Source: Zetaproteobacteria bacterium CG_4_9_14_3_um_filter_54_145 (lineage in GTDB: Bacteria; Pseudomonadota; Zetaproteobacteria; Mariprofundales; Mariprofundaceae). Taken from it: a DNA stretch of 32,000 bases. The notes beneath the pieces were generated by a model that was given only the letters and a program-made list of their open reading frames with translations, was not told the origin of the DNA and did not search any database. The stretch covers positions 6,569-38,568 of the forward strand of contig PFXI01000063.1 in assembly GCA_002791575.1 (NCBI GenBank). The letters run 5' to 3'. A program made the translations under genes and the position numbers. Positions 9,797 to 18,897 of this stretch are shown piece by piece. Numbering within the stretch: position 1 is the stretch's first letter; every line of letters begins with the position of its first letter.

Positions 9797-10363
9797 ATGA
9801 TTCTGGTCATCGACAACTACGATTCGTTCACCTTCAACCTGGTTCAGTATCTGGGCGAGCTCGGTGAGGCGCCGGCAGTGCACCGTAACGATAAAATCAC
9901 GCTGGATGAGGTTGCCGCCATGCAGCCCGATCATATTCTCGTTTCGCCCGGCCCCCGCACGCCGTATGAAGCGGGCATTTCAATGGAGCTGATTCGCCGT
10001 TTCTCCGGCAAGATTCCGATTCTCGGTGTATGCCTGGGTCACCAGTCGATCTCCGCTGTCTTCGGCGGGCAGGTAATCCGGGCGCCGCGGCTGATGCATG
10101 GCAAGACCAGCCCGATTGAGCATGATGGCGCAGGCATATTTGCCGGCCTTCCCTCTCCATTCACCGCCACCCGCTACCATTCACTGATTGTGCCGGAGCC
10201 GCTACCCGATTGCCTGCTTAAAACAGCATGGACGGCCGAAGGTGAGCTGATGGGACTGCGCCACCGCGAGCACCCGACATTCGGCCTGCAGTTTCATCCG
10301 GAGTCGATCCTGACCGAGCACGGGCATCAGATGCTGAAAAACTTCCTGATGACCAGAGCATGA
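9797..10363 (+). CDS. trpG: Anthranilate synthase component II (glutamine amidotransferase)
   Basis: [19 protein letters not shown] start one nt after the trpE stop. Catalytic GVCLGHQ and a HPES triad element are present. Confidence 0.95.
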   Translation: MILVIDNYDSFTFNLVQYLGELGEAPAVHRNDKITLDEVAAMQPDHILVSPGPRTPYEAGISMELIRRFSGKIPILGVCLGHQSISAVFGGQVIRAPRLMHGKTSPIEHDGAGIFAGLPSPFTATRYHSLIVPEPLPDCLLKTAWTAEGELMGLRHREHPTFGLQFHPESILTEHGHQMLKNFLMTRA

Positions 10364-10368
10364 TTTTA

Positions 10369-10388
10369 CACCGCAGAGGACGCAAAGG
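10369..10388. repeat. Solo arm of the hairpin repeat family (exact 20-mer CACCGCAGAGGACGCAAAGG)
   Basis: Identical to 7120-7139. It is the exact reverse complement of 11965-11984 and 18114-18133. Confidence 0.85.
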
Positions 10389-10408
10389 TGAGAGAAATGA
10401 GGTTATAA

Positions 10409-11440
10409 ATGAATGAATCGGTAATGCAGATGATTAAAGATCTGCAGGTAGGCAACGCGATCACGGGCGATGCAACCGAGTCGGTATTCTCCGCCATCAT
10501 GAGCGGTGAAGCGACAGCAGCGCAGATCGGCGCCATTCTGATGGGGCTCTCTATTCGCGGAGAGTCTGCCGAAACGCTTGCCGGTGCTGCCAAAGCCATG
10601 CGTGCCGCGGCAACCCGTATCACACCAAAAGCCTCCGGCCTGATCGATACCTGCGGCACAGGTGGTGACGGCGCCAAAACATTCAATATCTCAACCGCTG
10701 TATCACTGGTCGTCGCCGCCTGCGGCGTGCCTGTTGCCAAGCACGGCAACAGGGCCATGTCCTCCAAATCGGGGGCTGCCGATGTACTCGAGGCCCTCGG
10801 CGTCAATCTGGAGATCACACCGGAACAGGTAGCAGCTTGCATTGATACTACCGGCATAGGCTTTCTGTTTGCCCAGCAACTGCACCCGGCCATGCGCCAT
10901 GCAGGTCCCGTGCGGCGGGAGCTGGGCGTTCGTACACTGTTTAACCTGCTTGGACCTCTGACTAACCCTGCGGCTGCGGAGTATCAGGTACTGGGTGTGT
11001 ATGCGCGTGAAAAACTGGATCTGGTTGCCGGAGCACTGCAGCAACTCGGCATCAGGCGCGCCCTCGTGGTACATGGCCGCGACGGCATGGACGAAATCAC
11101 CACCACCGACATCACCGATGCCGTACTGGTTCAGGCGGGACAAGAACCGATCAACTTTGAGATCGACCCGGCTGCATTCGGCATGCCCTACGCCGCACCT
11201 TCGGCACTGGCTGGCGATGATGCCGCCACCAATGCAGCCATACTGCAGCATATTTTCGCAGGGCAGGCAGGCGCCGGGCGTGATATTGTACTACTCAATG
11301 CTGCAGCCGCACTTTGGGTCGCAGGCAAGGTGGATGGTATCGGTGACGGTCTGGCCATGGCCGCCCGCGCCATTGACTCCGGCAAGGTTCAGCAAACGCT
11401 GAATGAACTCATCGCCTTCACCCGGCAGGCTAATCATTGA
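10409..11440 (+). CDS. trpD: Anthranilate phosphoribosyltransferase
   Basis: 343 aa. The GTGGDG motif (DTCGTGGDGAKTFNIST), KHGNRA and the overall TrpD layout. GAGG SD 7 nt before the ATG. Confidence 0.95.
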   Translation: MNESVMQMIKDLQVGNAITGDATESVFSAIMSGEATAAQIGAILMGLSIRGESAETLAGAAKAMRAAATRITPKASGLIDTCGTGGDGAKTFNISTAVSLVVAACGVPVAKHGNRAMSSKSGAADVLEALGVNLEITPEQVAACIDTTGIGFLFAQQLHPAMRHAGPVRRELGVRTLFNLLGPLTNPAAAEYQVLGVYAREKLDLVAGALQQLGIRRALVVHGRDGMDEITTTDITDAVLVQAGQEPINFEIDPAAFGMPYAAPSALAGDDAATNAAILQHIFAGQAGAGRDIVLLNAAAALWVAGKVDGIGDGLAMAARAIDSGKVQQTLNELIAFTRQANH

Positions 11441-11984
11441 ACCGCAAAGGTCGCGAAGGTACGCAAAGGAAACCTTCAGAATGATAATTCAACTTCTAAT
11501 ACATAAGCCGATGGCGTATTCGCCTAATGTCTAATACAGCAGCAGACATCAATGCTTTAAGCCGTAAAGTGCTGGATGCCGCTATGATTGTGCACGCAAC
11601 ACTTGGACCAGGACTGCTGGAATCAGCGTACGAGCACTGTCTGTTTTATGAGTTAAGCAACCAGGGCATTCATTGCGAAGTACAGGTAGAACTACCAATC
11701 GTCTACCACGATCAGATCATTGATGCTGGTTACCGTATCGACATGCTCATCGACAATGTAATTATCGTCGAGCTAAAAGCTACCGAACGGCTACTGCCAA
11801 TTCATGAAGCGCAATTACTCTCTTACCTGAAGCTTGCGAATATACGATTAGGCTTGCTAATAAACTTTAATGTTATTCACCTCAGAGATGGCATCAAAAG
11901 GATGGTCAATGACCTCTAAATCCATGAACACTATAAAATTAATTTTCTGTTTTTCCTTCGCGTACCTTTGCGTCCTCTGCGGTG
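11440..11984. mobile_element. Inverted-repeat-flanked cassette carrying a GxxExxY ORF, inserted between trpD and trpC
   Basis: Left arm AACCGCAAAGGTCGCGAAGGTACGCAAAGGAAA (11440-11472). Right arm TTTCCTTCGCGTACCTTTGCGTCCTCTGCGGTG (11952-11984) is its near reverse complement. The interior is visibly more A+T rich than the trp genes. Confidence 0.7.
11527..11919 (+). CDS. GxxExxY protein (PD-(D/E)xK nuclease-fold family)
   Basis: 130 aa. G-L-L-E-S-A-Y motif in GPGLLESAYEHCL, a D...E-L-K element in YRIDMLIDNVIIVELKA, and a size typical of the family. Confidence 0.85.
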   Translation: MSNTAADINALSRKVLDAAMIVHATLGPGLLESAYEHCLFYELSNQGIHCEVQVELPIVYHDQIIDAGYRIDMLIDNVIIVELKATERLLPIHEAQLLSYLKLANIRLGLLINFNVIHLRDGIKRMVNDL

Positions 11985-12027
11985 CAATGGCTTTGACGCC
12001 AACAACAATACGCTGTGGTGAAGGCTC

Positions 12028-12813
12028 ATGACTTCTATTCTCAACGAAATTGCCGCATATAAACGGGGATGGGTGGCTGAGTGCAAACTACGCCGCTCAG
12101 AAGCCGAGTTACTGGCACTGGCCGCAACCCGCACACCGCTTGATTTTTCCGGTGTGCTTTGCGACAACGTGAAGCACAAACAGAATGCAGTCATTGCCGA
12201 GGTTAAAAAAGCCAGCCCGTCTAAAGGTATTATCCGGCCCGATTTTGACCCGGTTGCAATCGCCCGCTCCTATGAAGCGGGCGGCGCAAGCTGCCTCTCC
12301 GTATTGACTGATGTGAAATATTTTCAGGGTGATGACAGCTACGTCAGTGATATACGAGCTGCAGTAAGCCTGCCTCTGCTGCGTAAGGATTTCATGCTTG
12401 ATCCGTACCAGATCATTGAGGCCAAGGCGATGGGAGCAGATGCCATTCTGGTGATCCTGGCCATGCTTGATGATGTGCTTGCACTTGAGCTAACCGCCTG
12501 TGCCCATGAGCTGGGGCTCTCGGTGCTACCGGAGGTGCATAATGCAGCAGAGCTTGAGCGGGCACTGAAGCTGGATACCCGCTTGATGGGCATCAACAAC
12601 CGCAACCTGCACACCTTTGAGACCACACTGGATACGACCATTGAGCTGCTTGCATTGATGCGTGGTGAGCACACGGTAATCACCGAGTCGGGTATCTTCA
12701 CCCGCGATGATATCATGCGCATGAACAGGGCAGGCGTATACGGCTTTTTGATCGGTGAATCGCTGATGCGGCAACCGGAACCGGGTCAGGCTCTGGCTGC
12801 ACTGATAGCTTAA
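12028..12813 (+). CDS. trpC: Indole-3-glycerol phosphate synthase
   Basis: 261 aa. VIAEVKKASPSKG, LSVLTD..YFQG, LRKDF and GINNRNL motifs. Confidence 0.95.
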   Translation: MTSILNEIAAYKRGWVAECKLRRSEAELLALAATRTPLDFSGVLCDNVKHKQNAVIAEVKKASPSKGIIRPDFDPVAIARSYEAGGASCLSVLTDVKYFQGDDSYVSDIRAAVSLPLLRKDFMLDPYQIIEAKAMGADAILVILAMLDDVLALELTACAHELGLSVLPEVHNAAELERALKLDTRLMGINNRNLHTFETTLDTTIELLALMRGEHTVITESGIFTRDDIMRMNRAGVYGFLIGESLMRQPEPGQALAALIA

Positions 12814-12951
12814 AAAAGGTTCATAGCGTATTAGTAGGAGAGGGATCTATTGCCCTGGAGAAGGTAGCCATGATCTGTTTTGCACGCGCATACATGTACT
12901 TATTCTTTCCTGACGCTTCACTGCTGCTAAATGACCAGAGTCAAAAGCATT
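12813..12951. repeat. Conserved ~140-nt repeat module (copy b)
   Basis: Paralogue of 6981-7118. It starts at the trpC stop codon. Confidence 0.8.
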
Positions 12952-13107
12952 TCACCGCAGAGGGCGCAAAGGACGCGAAGTAAAGTCGAAATTAATGAAC
13001 AGAGGGGGCGAGGGGCTGGCACGTCACCGATGAACCCGACGGCTCATGCGCGTAGCGCCACAACAGCCATTTCCTTTCCTTGCTTTTCCTCTGCGTCCTC
13101 TGCGGTG
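12952..13107. repeat. IVS-like long inverted-repeat (hairpin) element, copy b
   Basis: Left arm TCACCGCAGAGGGCGCAAAGGACGCGAAG. Right arm CCTTGCTTTTCCTCTGCGTCCTCTGCGGTG. The interior matches the reverse complement of the interior of copy a. Confidence 0.8.
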
Positions 13108-13224
13108 CATGCCTGTGATCTTCGATTTTGAACTTGCTGAATTGGCAGCCTGCCAGCGGGGAATCAAGGCTTTAAGATACAAACTCAGCATGGGTGCATT
13201 TCCCGCTAACCAGCGATGAACCTT

Positions 13225-13258
13225 AAAAAAGAGAGGCCGCTCTTATAGAGCGGCCTCT
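13225..13258 (-). terminator. Intrinsic terminator of the lipoprotein gene
   Basis: Perfect 11-bp stem AGAGGCCGCTC / GAGCGGCCTCT with a 5-nt loop, followed on the minus strand by TTTTTT. Confidence 0.8.
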
Positions 13259-13266
13259 GGTGAAAT

Positions 13267-14037
13267 TTACTGGTTGTTCAGCATCTCGCTATCCTGCACT
13301 GTTTCATCAACTGGTGCTGCAGGAGCAGGAGGTGTCGGCTTTGGTGCCTGAGCCTGCGTACTGGCCAGCTGCTCCTCAAAAGCACTGAACAGATCCTTGG
13401 CGACCTTATCTTTCAACTGCGCATTCACCCAGTTATGCCCATTATACACCTGGCCGATCGTACGTATCTCCAGCTGTGCCTTGGGCTGAGTCTGGCCGGC
13501 AACAGTGGCCCGCATAACGCGCGCCACATAACGGTAGCGCACTATCTTCATGCCGCCGCCAAAATCAAACAGGTTACTGAACATACCCAACGCATTGCCA
13601 TTGCCGCCACCCTTGCGTATCCAGTCGGTGGTTAGTGTCCCGGAGGGTGAGTCCACACTCTGCACAGGCAGGTTCAAGGCAGTCATAGCATCCACTACGG
13701 CGGAAAAAACCTGGCCTGCTGTTGCATCATAGATCTTTGCATCCAGTGCTACATACTTGCCAGCCACGGCTTTGCGGTAGGAGCCCGGCATAGCATTCTC
13801 TTCAGTCACCGTCGCCACTGTCTCTCCGGATGGTACCTGCAACTCCGCGCGCAGCTCGGGCGGCACATCCAGTGGTGCACGCTGCTCTGCTGCGGCAGAA
13901 CCGCCCTTACCCTGTGCATATGCCGGCTGACCTGTCCCCTCGTCCGTATCCCAGAACAGTTTAGGCCCGCCACCCTGACAGGCTGTCAGTGAGAAAAGCA
14001 TTAGAATTGGTAATGAAAAATAGATTCGTGTATTCAT
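13267..14037 (-). CDS. Lipoprotein of unknown function (possibly BamC-like)
   Basis: Signal peptide with lipobox LFSLTAC. Pro/Ala-rich C-terminal tail. The stretch VFSAVVDAMTALNLPVQSVDSPSGTLTTDWI resembles BamC-type domains, but this is weak. Start placed at the ATG at 14037; the ORF track uses a TTG at 14052. Confidence 0.6.
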   Translation of the reverse strand: MNTRIYFSLPILMLFSLTACQGGGPKLFWDTDEGTGQPAYAQGKGGSAAAEQRAPLDVPPELRAELQVPSGETVATVTEENAMPGSYRKAVAGKYVALDAKIYDATAGQVFSAVVDAMTALNLPVQSVDSPSGTLTTDWIRKGGGNGNALGMFSNLFDFGGGMKIVRYRYVARVMRATVAGQTQPKAQLEIRTIGQVYNGHNWVNAQLKDKVAKDLFSAFEEQLASTQAQAPKPTPPAPAAPVDETVQDSEMLNNQ

Positions 14038-14139
14038 AGAAGCCGCATTCAATCGACGCGGCCCTGCTTGGTCAAGGTATTAGACAGACCCGAAGCCGTT
14101 CGCTTCACTGCATCAATCAAGCCCACAGTGCTGAAGCAC

Positions 14140-14171
14140 AAAAAAAGGGAGAGCCGAAGCTCTCCCTTTTC
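14140..14171 (-). terminator. Intrinsic (bidirectional-looking) terminator after the cyc2-like gene
   Basis: GGGAGAGC-CGAA-GCTCTCCC, flanked by an A7 run on the left and TTTT on the right. Confidence 0.8.
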
Positions 14172-14200
14172 AAACCATTCCTGTTGGAATGAAGTCTGAC

Positions 14201-15433
14201 TTACATCAGAGCTTCGATATCCAGTGTTGTGGTCTTGGTTGTTGTTGCAACTGCAGCAACAGTAGCCTTAGATATTTCGTGAGTCAGTGCGATGATGAAG
14301 TTCTGATAGATCTCATACTCAACTGCGACGTTGGTGTATGTGATCTTGTTTGTTGCCTGAGCCTGACCGTAGCCGGCAGCCAGTACAACATTGTGCAGAG
14401 GCTTGATGGTGCCGCGAACGGACCAGCCAGTCAGGTTCTTCAGAGTATCAGCATTGTAGTTGTTGACGTTGACAGCAGTAGACTTGGCCGCAGAAGCGTA
14501 GTCAGCATACAGACCGAACTGAGAATCGCCGAGCTCGCCTTCAAGCTGAGCATCCAGACCCCAACGCTTGGTTACGAGCTGCTGAGTTGCTGTAAGCAAT
14601 GGGTCTGCCAATACGAACTGACCAACAGAGCCGATGTTACCGTTAACAATGATACCACCCAGACCCAGGCTCATGCCGCCAACTTCAAAGAAGCCGTTTG
14701 CACGCACCATAGGAGCAGCTGTGAATGTGCTTCCGCCAGCACCAGCAACACCCCAAACAGTGCCGTCGGAAGGAGCAGTCAGACCGACCTGGATTGCGCC
14801 CATCTCGTTACCGATGAATGCAGTCAGACCAGCGATCTGGCCACCGCCGATGGTAGAACCCTTGAACAAGTTCTGGTTAGCAGAGACGAAACGAGCATTC
14901 ATCATGCCGCCATGCTGACCCCAAACGTTGGAGAGCTGCATACCAGCATCTTCACCGAAACCGGTGTTGTAGTAAGAAGCGCCGACTTTGAAGCCGCCCA
15001 TGTCAACAGAGTGGATCAGCTGATGGTTACCGAAAGCGCCGCCGCCGAGCTCAACAAAAGCACCGGTGTTGCTGCCGATACGGCCAGCAATCAGTACAAC
15101 CTGATCAGCGTATGAGATTTCCTTGGTTGTTACTGCACCAGTCTTGGACTGGATGATCTGTGGACGTACAACAACAGTTGCGTTCAGTACGGAAGGGATA
15201 GACAGAGCGTCATCCTCAATCAGAGCCTGCTCACCGACGTCGGTGAAGCCACCCATCTTGAATGAACGGCCGAAGGCCGAAATGGTAGGGAAGCTCTGGA
15301 AATGGCAGCTCAGGCAAGCAGCGCCGGTCTGGCGAGCGAATGCCGGAATAGCTTCAGAAGTGGTTGGAGCAACTACAGCAGTAGAAACAGCAACAACAGC
15401 AAAAGCAGCAGCAGAAAGAAGCATCTTCTTCAT
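14201..15433 (-). CDS. cyc2: Cyc2-like fused monohaem cytochrome c / outer-membrane beta-barrel porin (candidate Fe(II) oxidase)
   Basis: 410 aa. Sec signal peptide, then IPAFARQTGAACLSCHF containing the single CxxCH. The remainder is Gly/aromatic-rich with an alternating beta-strand pattern typical of a porin. Confidence 0.65.
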   Translation of the reverse strand: MKKMLLSAAAFAVVAVSTAVVAPTTSEAIPAFARQTGAACLSCHFQSFPTISAFGRSFKMGGFTDVGEQALIEDDALSIPSVLNATVVVRPQIIQSKTGAVTTKEISYADQVVLIAGRIGSNTGAFVELGGGAFGNHQLIHSVDMGGFKVGASYYNTGFGEDAGMQLSNVWGQHGGMMNARFVSANQNLFKGSTIGGGQIAGLTAFIGNEMGAIQVGLTAPSDGTVWGVAGAGGSTFTAAPMVRANGFFEVGGMSLGLGGIIVNGNIGSVGQFVLADPLLTATQQLVTKRWGLDAQLEGELGDSQFGLYADYASAAKSTAVNVNNYNADTLKNLTGWSVRGTIKPLHNVVLAAGYGQAQATNKITYTNVAVEYEIYQNFIIALTHEISKATVAAVATTTKTTTLDIEALM

Positions 15434-15650
15434 GTTGTGGTATCCTTGAATAATAGATTTGACTCCGTAGAGCCAGTATTAGTTACGCTTCTGTGAAGGT
15501 TCTATCTGCGTCCGATCAGGCAATCATCTGCAGCGAGAAGGGTCCAACACCAGTTGCGATGTGCGAACTCTGTGTGACGCAGATCACTGGGTCAACGTGC
15601 CACACTTATGTGTGTGTGATTTTGACACACATCCCTGTTTCAACCTTATT

Positions 15651-15880
15651 CTACCGCAAAGTACGCAAGGGACACAGAGGAAAGGCATTCATATATAATC
15701 TTGCTTATAGAGTATGCGAGCAATGTCTGCGACTTGCTTGACCGCACCTGATCAAACGGACAAGAACTCTGCGACTTAGTCCTCGCCACAAATACCTGCC
15801 CTGCCCTCCGCATCCTTTTCCAAAGATCCCTATCGCACGCCGGGAGTGCCGTCACTCGCTCCGCTGCGGTGAAGCATTTG
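15651..15880. repeat. Degenerate member of the hairpin repeat family in the cyc2-feoB intergenic region
   Basis: Left arm CTACCGCAAAGTACGCAAGGGACACAGAGGAAAGGC (15651-15686). Right arm CTCCGCTGCGGTGAAGCATTTGAC (about 15857-15880). Confidence 0.5.
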
Positions 15881-15912
15881 ACTTTTGTTACATAAAATTG
15901 AGTCTCATTGAG

Positions 15913-17976
15913 ATGCCGCAAACAACAGAGCAGCCACAACCCGTTCTATTCCATCGCCATATTTACCGGGGCGATGCCGGGCTGCGCGTGGCGCTGGTCG
16001 GCCAGCATAACAGTGGCAAGAGCACGCTGTTTCACGCCGTTGCCAGCACCAGCTATCAAACAGGCACACTGACCGGCACACATAAACAGTGGGCCGAGTG
16101 CCCTGTGCAGATAGGCGTCAATGAGGTTCACCTGGTTGATCTGCCCGGTATGCACTCACTGCGCAACCTCACGGGTGCAGACCTCGAGGCATTGAAATAC
16201 CTGCTATGGGGTGACCAGAGGCCACTGATATCCCGCCATGAGTGTGACAATCCGCCAGCGCCATTTTCCCGGCCCGATGTGCTGGTGCATGTCATTGATG
16301 CCAGTGTCCTCGGTCGCAGCCTGGAGCTGACGCTTGAGCTGGCCGAGCTGGGGCTGCCGGTTGTTGTTGCACTGAACATGATGGATGAAGCACACCGCAA
16401 AGGCATCATCATTGATATCGATGCACTCTCTGCCCGACTGGGCGTAGCGGTTATCCCGACCGTTGCCTTGAAAGGCCACGGCCTGGCAGAGCTGTTTGAT
16501 CGGGTCATTGATGCAGCCGGTCACTCCGCTAGCCCTCTACCGCAGCAACTGCCGCCAGCGCTGCAGCCCTGGCTTGAGCGCATGCAGCAGGTGCTGCGAC
16601 GACCAATAGACAATTCAGATATCCATGCCGCCTTCTCACTGCCGGCCACACTGCTCTATATGCACATGCTGGAGCGTGACCCCTACTTTATGGCCGAAAT
16701 GACGGATCACTTTCCCTGCCTGTTGCCTGATATTGAACTGCTGCACCAACAGGCTGCAAGCGTACTGCCCCGTCCGTTAGCCATTGAGATGGAAGCCGAC
16801 CGCCATCAGCGCGCCGTCAGCCTGTTCGAATCGGTAGCCAGAGTTGTGCACAAACCGGCACCGGGCTGGGATGAGCGACTGGATATGTTTTTTCTGCACC
16901 CGCACTGGGGCCTGATCGGATCGCTGGCGGTATTTGCCATGGTACTGTTCATGGTATTTGAAGTCAGCAAAGTACTGGATGCCGTTTCGGCAGCCCCGCT
17001 CGCCGACATGATTGCCGGCTGGCAGCCGGATACAGTAGCCGGCGTGCTGGGGCGCGCCGTCTCTGATGGCCTGATCGGCCTGATCGGTATTGTCATCCCC
17101 TATATGTTACCGCTGGTGCTGATGCTGGCGGCACTGGAGGAGTCGGGCATCATGCACCGGATAGCCTTTGTCGTGGATCGCTTCTTCCATACCATCGGCC
17201 TGCACGGCAAAGTGGCGATGCCGTTTCTGCTCGGGCTGGGCTGCAATGTGCCGGCTATCGCGGCAACGAAGGGGCTGACCAGCGGGCGCGACCGCGTCGT
17301 CGCCTCACTGTTAATCACCTTTGTACCCTGCTCTGCCCGTTCGGCCGTGGTGCTGGCACTGGGGGCAAAATATCTCGGTGCCGCCGGCGTATTTGCGCTG
17401 TTTCTGTTAAGTATGCTGGTCATTGCCATACTCGGGCGACTGCTATCGCGCCGTTATCCGGAGCTCAGCCCCGGCATTATTCAGGAGATCCCCCCCTATG
17501 CCTGGCCGCAGTGGTCATCTGTTATCTCCGCCACCTGGCAACGCACAAGCGACATCCTGACTATTGTCACACCACTGCTGGTCGGCGGCAGCATCGTTCT
17601 GGCCCTGATGCAGGTTGCCGGATTTGATCAATGGATCAACCTGATTCTTCTACCCGTTACCGGCTGGATGCTGGGCCTGCCCGCCGTCCTCGGTGTGCCC
17701 ATCCTGTTCGGCGTGTTGCGCAAAGAGTTGTCACTGGTGATGATCTATCAGGCGCTGGGCACATTTGAGATAGGTCAGATCCTCGACAGCGTCCAGATCG
17801 CCACATTCCTCGTCTTTCTGTTATTCTATATACCCTGTATTTCCACGTTTGCCGTGATGCTGAAGGTGATCGGTCGCAAGGAAGCCCTGTTTTCCATCAT
17901 CCTCTCCATTGGCGTCGCACTGATCACTGCCGTTGCCGTGCGCTTTCTGCTTACTACTTTCACCGCCCTGCAATAA
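15913..17976 (+). CDS. feoB: Ferrous iron transporter FeoB
   Basis: G-domain motifs GQHNSGKS, DLPG and NMMD, followed by a polytopic membrane domain. First ATG at 15913; the ORF track uses a TTG at 15898. No feoA is visible upstream. Confidence 0.9.
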   Translation: MPQTTEQPQPVLFHRHIYRGDAGLRVALVGQHNSGKSTLFHAVASTSYQTGTLTGTHKQWAECPVQIGVNEVHLVDLPGMHSLRNLTGADLEALKYLLWGDQRPLISRHECDNPPAPFSRPDVLVHVIDASVLGRSLELTLELAELGLPVVVALNMMDEAHRKGIIIDIDALSARLGVAVIPTVALKGHGLAELFDRVIDAAGHSASPLPQQLPPALQPWLERMQQVLRRPIDNSDIHAAFSLPATLLYMHMLERDPYFMAEMTDHFPCLLPDIELLHQQAASVLPRPLAIEMEADRHQRAVSLFESVARVVHKPAPGWDERLDMFFLHPHWGLIGSLAVFAMVLFMVFEVSKVLDAVSAAPLADMIAGWQPDTVAGVLGRAVSDGLIGLIGIVIPYMLPLVLMLAALEESGIMHRIAFVVDRFFHTIGLHGKVAMPFLLGLGCNVPAIAATKGLTSGRDRVVASLLITFVPCSARSAVVLALGAKYLGAAGVFALFLLSMLVIAILGRLLSRRYPELSPGIIQEIPPYAWPQWSSVISATWQRTSDILTIVTPLLVGGSIVLALMQVAGFDQWINLILLPVTGWMLGLPAVLGVPILFGVLRKELSLVMIYQALGTFEIGQILDSVQIATFLVFLLFYIPCISTFAVMLKVIGRKEALFSIILSIGVALITAVAVRFLLTTFTALQ

Positions 17977-17987
17977 ACGCAATCCTT

Positions 17988-18133
17988 TCACCACAAAGGA
18001 CGCAGAGGTAAGGCAATAATTGTTGTGTGTTTAACCGTGCCGACAGCAGATGCAGAGCATCAGGCCAGGGCCACACTCTCAATAATATTTTCTATACTGC
18101 TTTTCCTCGGCGTCCTTTGCGTCCTCTGCGGTG
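17988..18133. repeat. IVS-like long inverted-repeat (hairpin) element downstream of feoB
   Basis: Left arm TCACCACAAAGGACGCAGAGGTAAGGCA. Right arm TGCTTTTCCTCGGCGTCCTTTGCGTCCTCTGCGGTG. Loop of about 80 nt. Confidence 0.8.
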
Positions 18134-18174
18134 CAGGCCTGTGACCATCGCCCGGCGAAATGGTTTTGACTTTA

Positions 18175-18897
18175 TTATATAGAAGGATCGGAGCGGTGCA
18201 GACGGCGGATACGCATCAGATCGACAAACATCTTCAATGGATCAAGTAGCATACGCACTTTTGAGTTCGGCTCGTTCACCCAGCGCACCGGAATCTCCAC
18301 GGTCGTAAGCCCGAGCGCATTGGCCAGAAACAGCACTTCCACATCGAAGCTGAAACCATCGAGTTTCTGGCGACTGAAGATGGCCCTGGCTGCAGAGGCA
18401 GTGAAGGCCTTGAACCCGCACTGGGTATCCGGCATATGCAATCCCACCATCATACGCATCAACAGATTAAAGCCCTGTCCCATATGCTCGCGCAACCATG
18501 ACTGATGCTGGGCAATGTCTGAATCCGGATGCTGGCGTGATGCAACCACCACATCGGCACCGGCAGCAATCTTCGGCAGCACCTTCGCCACCTCCCGCAC
18601 ATGGGTTGCATGATCAGCATCCATAAACAGGCAGACCTGGCCATGTGATTCAAGCATGCCACGGCGCACGGCCGCGCCCTTGCCCCGATTCTGCGGCTGT
18701 TGCAGCAGCCTCAACTCCGGCATATCGTTTATCAGCGCCCCCACCCTTGCCGATGTGGCATCGCTGCTGCCATCATCGACAACCACGATTTCAAAACCAC
18801 CGTCGATATTGGCAATCAGCCATGCATAAGCTTCTGTCAGCGTTGCCGGCAGGCGATCCTGTTCATTGAAAGCAGGGATAATCACAGATAACTTCAT
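18175..18897 (-). CDS. GT2-family polyprenyl-phosphate glycosyltransferase
   Basis: MKLSVIIPAFNE, VVDDGSSD and FMDADH (DxD). ATGA overlap with the upstream GT39-like gene. Confidence 0.85.
   Translation of the reverse strand: MKLSVIIPAFNEQDRLPATLTEAYAWLIANIDGGFEIVVVDDGSSDATSARVGALINDMPELRLLQQPQNRGKGAAVRRGMLESHGQVCLFMDADHATHVREVAKVLPKIAAGADVVVASRQHPDSDIAQHQSWLREHMGQGFNLLMRMMVGLHMPDTQCGFKAFTASAARAIFSRQKLDGFSFDVEVLFLANALGLTTVEIPVRWVNEPNSKVRMLLDPLKMFVDLMRIRRLHRSDPSI

Noticed and set aside
14189-15115. 308-aa plus-strand ORF
   Set aside because: It is entirely antisense to the cyc2-like gene. Its composition is low-complexity Cys/Ser/Val-rich, it has no SD, and the opposite-strand product has a signal peptide, a haem motif and its own terminator.
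15880-15912. Fur box upstream of feoB
   Set aside because: AAATTGAGTCTCATTGAG contains a direct ATTGAG repeat, but it matches the GATAATGATAATCATTATC consensus poorly and I cannot support a call by eye.
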